Shown piece by piece: positions 59,745 through 64,000 of a stretch of 64,000 nt of DNA (position 1 is its first letter; the number at the start of each line of letters is the position of its first letter). The notes beneath the pieces are model-generated. The model made no database searches. It had not been told where the DNA came from and was given only the letters and a program-made list of their open reading frames with translations. The stretch spans positions 12,635-76,634 of the forward strand of contig CAZYPW010000006.1 in assembly GCA_964649615.1 (NCBI GenBank). Reading direction: 5' to 3'. Made by a program: the position numbers and the translations under genes. Source of the DNA: an uncultured Gammaproteobacteria bacterium. GTDB taxonomy: Bacteria; Patescibacteriota; Microgenomatia; Daviesbacterales; UBA10151.

Positions 59745-60107
59745 CTAGACAAGATGGGTAAAGGCACCATCTAGGTGAAGATAATAAGCTTCAACTTCTA
59801 AATTTGGATACTTTCCCAAAACCTTAGCTCTGGCATTTTTTAAATCCTCTGCATGTTTTTGGGGAGAAGACTCTTTCCCATAAGCCCCACAATCTTCGTG
59901 GTTTATCAGGATTACTTTTTTAATGTGATGCAGCTTTACCGCAATATCAATTTGCCCCAAGATGACCTCTAAATTTTTCACTCCACCTGCCAAAGCCACC
60001 CGATCAAAAATTTTAGGCCTGATATGTTGAGAGATCCATTTATTTATGGTCTTTTGAAACCGAAAGTCGATACAAGTAACAATTATGCCTTCTGTTTGGT
60101 GATTCAT
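59745..60107 (-). CDS. Beta-carbonic-anhydrase-like protein (CxDxR ... HxxC zinc-site spacing), truncated fold
   Basis: VTCIDFR and INHEDCGAY lie 58 residues apart, matching the beta-CA Cys/Asp/Arg and His/Cys ligand spacing. Only 120 aa. Confidence 0.35.
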   Translation of the reverse strand: MNHQTEGIIVTCIDFRFQKTINKWISQHIRPKIFDRVALAGGVKNLEVILGQIDIAVKLHHIKKVILINHEDCGAYGKESSPQKHAEDLKNARAKVLGKYPNLEVEAYYLHLDGAFTHLV

Positions 60108-60132
60108 AATATGATATTATACAATATGTTTT

Positions 60133-60543
60133 ATGGCTCAGTTGCATTTAAAAGTTGTTACTCCGGAAAAACTTTTGCTGGATGAAGAGGTTTCTCAAGT
60201 TAATGTGTCCACTGAACAAGGCCAAATAGGGATTTTGCCAAATCATGCAAACTTAATGGCCAAGTTAGAGCCAGGTGAGCTGGTTATAAAAAAGGGTGGG
60301 AAAGTGGATACTTTGGCTGTGGGAGATGGATTTTTGCAGGTTGCAAATAATACCCTGACAGTGATGACTGATCTGGCTACATATGCTGTGGATATAGATG
60401 AAAAGACTGTTGAGGAGGCTAAAAAAAGAGCTGAGCAGGCTTTAGAACAAACTTTATCGGATGAAGAATATGCAGAAACATTTGCCAATTTACAAAAATC
60501 CCTGGCCCAGCTTCATGTTAAAAGAAGACACAGAGTAAGGTAA
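60133..60543 (+). CDS. atpC: F0F1 ATP synthase subunit epsilon, displaced from atpD
   Basis: QGQIGILPNHANLMAKLEPGELVIKKGG...GDGFLQVANNTLTVMTDLA...DIDEKTVEEAKKRAEQAL is the typical epsilon beta-sandwich plus C-terminal helix. Confidence 0.8.
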   Translation: MAQLHLKVVTPEKLLLDEEVSQVNVSTEQGQIGILPNHANLMAKLEPGELVIKKGGKVDTLAVGDGFLQVANNTLTVMTDLATYAVDIDEKTVEEAKKRAEQALEQTLSDEEYAETFANLQKSLAQLHVKRRHRVR

Positions 60544-60559
60544 TTGATACAATTACTAC

Positions 60560-61486
60560 ATGGTAAAAGCACCTGATCTTTCGATAATAATTCTTAACTA
60601 TAATGTTAAGGAACTATTACTCAATTGTTTAGAGTCTATTTTTAAAAACAAGGGTAAGGAGGATAAGTGGCAGGTAGTTGTGGTGGATAATGCTTCAATA
60701 GACGGCTCAGTAGAAGCAGTTAAACAACTACGTTCCCACATGTCAAGTGGGAACACAGTTGATATTATAGAAAACAGGGAAAATATGGGATTTGCCAATG
60801 GTAATAATGTGGCTATTCCTAAAGTTAAAGCGCCTGTAGTTTTATTTTTAAATCCAGATACCAAAATTGTGGGAGATGTGATTCAAAAATGTTTAGATAA
60901 ATTGCTTTCTAATCCAGATCTCGGGGCAATTAGCCCAAGAGTAGAATTGCCCGATGGCAGATTGGATTACTCCTGTCACAGAGGTTTCCCTACTCCCTGG
61001 AATTCTTTGATGTATTTTTCAGGAATTTCAAAGTTATTTCCTAAAATTAAATTATTCTCAGGGTACACTGCTTCATATTTAGATACTCAGACAGAACATG
61101 AAATAGATTGTATTACTGGAGCTTTTTTGATGGTTAGAAAAATTGCTGGGGATCAAATTCACTGGTGGGATAAGGATTATTTTTTTAATGGTGAAGATAT
61201 TGAATTTTGTTTTTCTTTAAAAGAAAAGGGTTGGGAAATTTATTATTACCCAAAAGTAAAAATAATCCACTACAAGGGTTCTTCTTCAGGATTGTGGTCT
61301 ACTGCTAAAATTCAAGTTTCTAAAGAATCCAGGTTGAAATCCGCAAAACATTCCACAGGAGCCATGAGAATTTTTTATATGAAGCATTATTATAAAAAAT
61401 ATCCGGTTTTTTTCAGGGACTTGGTTTTGCTGGGAATAAAGTCGCTGGAGCATTACAGAAAGGCAAAAATATGGATCTCTCGGTAA
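60560..61486 (+). CDS. Glycosyltransferase family 2
   Basis: LSIIILNYNVKELL, VVDNASIDGS, and a DxD-like region. In-frame palindromic element at 60733-60753. Confidence 0.8.
   Translation: MVKAPDLSIIILNYNVKELLLNCLESIFKNKGKEDKWQVVVVDNASIDGSVEAVKQLRSHMSSGNTVDIIENRENMGFANGNNVAIPKVKAPVVLFLNPDTKIVGDVIQKCLDKLLSNPDLGAISPRVELPDGRLDYSCHRGFPTPWNSLMYFSGISKLFPKIKLFSGYTASYLDTQTEHEIDCITGAFLMVRKIAGDQIHWWDKDYFFNGEDIEFCFSLKEKGWEIYYYPKVKIIHYKGSSSGLWSTAKIQVSKESRLKSAKHSTGAMRIFYMKHYYKKYPVFFRDLVLLGIKSLEHYRKAKIWISR
60733..60753. repeat. Family-1 palindrome variant B
   Basis: In the GT2 gene. Read as SHMSSGN. Confidence 0.9.
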
Positions 61487-62370
61487 TTATTTTAAGTTAT
61501 AATACTAAGGAAATAACGGATGAATGTTTAAATAGACTTCAGCAATCAGTCGCCAGCTGTCAGACAAAATTAAAAAATAAAATAGAAGTAATTGTTTTGG
61601 ATAATGCATCCAGTGACGGGTCTTTGGAAATAATCAAGCAGAATCACCCCTGGGTAGAATTGATAGAATCCAAAGAAAATACCGGTTTTTCTAAGGGTAA
61701 CAATTTAGCAATAAAACAGTCCATCAACCCGTATGTTTTATTTCTTAACTCTGATGCCTATGTGGAAAATGATACCCTGGAAAAGGCTATGCAGTGTTTT
61801 AAAAATCCTGATTGTGACGCTTTAGGCCCAAAATTAGTTTTTGAGAATGGGGACTTTCAGCCATCAGCCGGTAATTTACCAAATCCTTTTAATATTCCTC
61901 TTTGGATTTTGGGATTATCTTTGATTCCAGGTATAAATAAGCTAAATTCCTACCATCCAAAGCATAAAGAATTTTTTAATAAGATGAGACAGGTTGGTTG
62001 GGTGACCGGGGCTTTTTTTATGCTTAGGAAAAAGGTTTTAGATAAAGTAGGCTTATTTGATGAAAATTTATTTATGTATAGTGAAGAAATTGAGCTTTGC
62101 AAAAGGATTAAGAACGCAGGATTTAAAATTTGGTATATTCCAACGATTATCGTTACCCATCTTCACGCTGCTTCATCTAGTTTTGACACCTCCCTTGCAT
62201 TTATAAATGAACTAAAGGGCCTTAAATATTATTTTGGCAAATACTATCCTTCTTGGTATTTTTTAGTCAAATTATTTTTAATATTGGGTTTGATTTTAAG
62301 AGTTATAGCTTTTTCGCTCCTAAAACCTTCAAGAGCCAGGGCGTACATAAAAGGTTTATCAGTTATATGA
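61471..62370 (+). CDS. Glycosyltransferase family 2
   Basis: LSVIILSYNTKEIT...VLDNASSDGS. Confidence 0.8.
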   Translation: MDLSVIILSYNTKEITDECLNRLQQSVASCQTKLKNKIEVIVLDNASSDGSLEIIKQNHPWVELIESKENTGFSKGNNLAIKQSINPYVLFLNSDAYVENDTLEKAMQCFKNPDCDALGPKLVFENGDFQPSAGNLPNPFNIPLWILGLSLIPGINKLNSYHPKHKEFFNKMRQVGWVTGAFFMLRKKVLDKVGLFDENLFMYSEEIELCKRIKNAGFKIWYIPTIIVTHLHAASSSFDTSLAFINELKGLKYYFGKYYPSWYFLVKLFLILGLILRVIAFSLLKPSRARAYIKGLSVI

Positions 62371-64000
62371 AATTAGCAATTATTACTGTTAATTATAATG
62401 GAAAAGATGATAGTCTAGAGTTTTTAGGTTCCTTAAAAAAACTACGAACAACACACCGCCCCTTCGGGGCAACGAACTACGAACTACGAACTATATTAGT
62501 GGATAATGCATCAAGCGATGAATCAGTTTCTGCTATTCATAAGCAATTTCCTGAAGTGGATATTTTACAAACTGGTTCTAATTTAGGATTTTCCGGAGGG
62601 TTTAATAAAGGTATAGAATACGGTCAAATCTGGGGAGCAGATTATTTCCTACTAATAAATAATGATTGCTTAATTAAAGATTCTGGTTTATTAGATGAGT
62701 TAATTAAAACATTAAAATCAGATGAAAAAATTGGTTTAGTTTCTCCGAAGATTTATTTTGAAAAAGGATATGAATTTCACAAGAATAGATATTCTAAACA
62801 GGATTTAGGTAAAGCGATTTGGTTTGCCGGAGGAGAATTTGACTGGAATTTTGTGGGAAATAAACACAGAGGAATAGACGAAGTTGATTCTGGAAAATAT
62901 GATTTAGTAGAGCAACAGAATATTTTTTCCGGTGCTTGTGTACTTATAAAAAAAGAAGTATTTGAAAAAGTTGGCATGTTTAATGAAGATTATTTTTTAT
63001 ATTTTGAGGACTCTGAGTTTGCCAAAAGAGCAACTGATGCTGGATTTAAAACTTATTATAATGGCCAGGTTTCCATCTATCATAAAGTCTCCCAGTCAAC
63101 TGGAATTGGTTCTAAAATTACAGATTATTATCACACCAGAAACAGGTTAATTTTTGGAATGAAGTATGGAGGTTTAAGAACTAAATTCGCATTACTCAGA
63201 GAAGCCATAAAATTATTCTTATTTGGTAGGCCCGTTCAAAGGCAAGGAATATTAGATTTTTATTTAGGAATAAGAAGAGGTGCCAACGTAATCCACCTGG
63301 AGGGTGGTCTAGGTTGGCACCCTCAAGTAGAATATCCGCTTAAACTATCTATAGGTATAGTAAACTATAACACTGCTGATTTAACCAAAAAATTATTAGA
63401 CAGCATTTTTGAAACACGTTCCCACATGTCAAGTGGGAATACGGATGATGTGGAAGTAATTGTCCTAGACAATGGTGATATTGATCCCTGTAAAGACAAA
63501 ATAAAAGAATATTTGCCTAGGATAAAATATCTTAAAAATGAAGAAAATGAGGGATTTTCCAAAGGTTATAACAAAACAATTAGATACTCTTTGGGTGAGT
63601 ATTATTTAATGCTAAATTCTGATATTGAAGTATTGGAGAATGGGTTATCTGAATTAGTAAGGGTGGAAGATGAGTTTAAAGGTGAAGCAGTGTTGGGTGG
63701 GAAATTAGTTTTTCCAGATTTAAGCAAGCAAGATTCTGCATTCCATTTACCCACTTTAACTGGAGCATTTAAGGAATATTTTTTAGCAAAAAAAGGATCT
63801 TATTTTATGTATCAGCCTGAAAGTGATAAACCCTCAAAAGTGGATGGGTTGGTAATGGCTTGTTTGTTAATTCCTAAGAAAGTATTACAAAAAGTAGGGC
63901 TTTTGGATGAAGGAACTTTTATCTTTTTTGAGGATATTGAATATTGCAGGAGGTTGAAAAAATTTGGTGTACCACTATATTTTGTACCATCTGCCAAATT
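62367..64000 (+). CDS. Tandem two-domain GT2 glycosyltransferase, 3'-partial (runs off the window; absent from the ORF track for that reason)
   Basis: ATG overlaps the upstream TGA. The first GT2 domain is MKLAIITVNYNG...LVDNASSDES. The second is LSIGIVNYNTADL...VLDNGD. The frame stays open to nt 64000. Repeat insertions at 62456-62492 and 63419-63439. Confidence 0.7.
   Translation, partial: MKLAIITVNYNGKDDSLEFLGSLKKLRTTHRPFGATNYELRTILVDNASSDESVSAIHKQFPEVDILQTGSNLGFSGGFNKGIEYGQIWGADYFLLINNDCLIKDSGLLDELIKTLKSDEKIGLVSPKIYFEKGYEFHKNRYSKQDLGKAIWFAGGEFDWNFVGNKHRGIDEVDSGKYDLVEQQNIFSGACVLIKKEVFEKVGMFNEDYFLYFEDSEFAKRATDAGFKTYYNGQVSIYHKVSQSTGIGSKITDYYHTRNRLIFGMKYGGLRTKFALLREAIKLFLFGRPVQRQGILDFYLGIRRGANVIHLEGGLGWHPQVEYPLKLSIGIVNYNTADLTKKLLDSIFETRSHMSSGNTDDVEVIVLDNGDIDPCKDKIKEYLPRIKYLKNEENEGFSKGYNKTIRYSLGEYYLMLNSDIEVLENGLSELVRVEDEFKGEAVLGGKLVFPDLSKQDSAFHLPTLTGAFKEYFLAKKGSYFMYQPESDKPSKVDGLVMACLLIPKKVLQKVGLLDEGTFIFFEDIEYCRRLKKFGVPLYFVPSAK
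62456..62492. repeat. GC hairpin CGCCCCTTCGGGGCAACG plus CGAACTA x3 tandem
   Basis: In-frame in the GT2 gene (HRPFGATNYELRT). Reverse complement of the TTCGTAG array. Confidence 0.7.
63419..63439. repeat. Family-1 palindrome variant B
   Basis: In the two-domain GT2 gene. Read as SHMSSGN. Confidence 0.9.

Overview
This window is low-GC (about 35%), gene-dense bacterial chromosome with short intergenic spacers and no rRNA or tRNA genes that I could find. Gene content (many type IV pilins, a Ca-type P-ATPase, an archaeal-type class I aaRS, an Ser-less ACP-like gene) suggests a small-genome, possibly CPR-like bacterium; that placement is an inference.

Gene content, in order:
- (a) 1-4.3 kb: a cell-surface cohesin/dockerin module. 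Two cohesin-domain proteins and two dockerin-bearing secreted proteins.
- (b) 4.5-11.3 kb: XerC/D recombinase, DUF360 holin-family protein, a Ca-type P-ATPase, a decayed endonuclease IV gene, and an Amidase_2/DUF4214 autolysin followed by a small holin-like gene.
- (c) 11.4-25.1 kb: gyrA, ddl, alr, a PP-loop::MurD fusion, murC, a winged-helix regulator, gyrB and holB.
- (d) 25.1-40.9 kb: a complete type IV pilus locus. pilB, pilT, pilC, major pilin, pilD, several further pilins and pseudopilins, a 616-aa pilin-like adhesin, and pilM, pilN, pilO.
- (e) 40.9-47.3 kb: trmD, KH protein, rpsP, rnc, an ACP-like gene lacking the phosphopantetheine serine, nusB, rpmF, recG, and an archaeal-type class I aaRS.
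- (f) 48.9-49.6 kb: an IS200/COG1943-type Y1 transposase, i.e. a REP-associated tyrosine transposase (RAYT)-like gene.
- (g) 50.5-56.4 kb: the F-type ATP synthase operon atpBEFHAGD.
- (h) 56.4-60.1 kb: an approximately 3.7-kb opposite-strand accessory island, inserted before a displaced atpC at 60133.
- (i) 60.5-64 kb: three GT2 glycosyltransferase genes.

The most unusual signal is a set of short palindromic and tandem repeat families dispersed across the window. The main family is a 21-nt palindrome, TTCCCACAT-CGG-ATGTGGGAA, with a second variant TTCCCACATGTCAAGTGGGAA. I found 16 copies. One lies immediately upstream of the RAYT-like gene, one inside it and one at its 3' end. Thirteen lie inside ORFs and are read in-frame as 7-8 extra residues (SHMSSGN, SHIGSGN, or FPxxMWE in the opposite orientation). 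Hosts include alr, murC, holB, recG, atpG, the PP-loop::MurD fusion and GT2 genes. This resembles Rickettsia palindromic elements combined with a REP/RAYT system.

Further families are listed below:
- CAACCTTCGAGGTTG palindrome.
- A GTTAGTTAGTTCATC...CGAACTAAC inverted repeat inserted in both atpA and atpG.
- GC-rich CCGCTTCGC/GCGAAGCG hairpins inside genes.
- TTCGTAG-type tandems.

Other notable points are an AbiE-like toxin-antitoxin cassette inserted into the pilin gene array between 25-bp direct repeats, and a duplicated atpD 3' fragment inside the atpD/atpC island.
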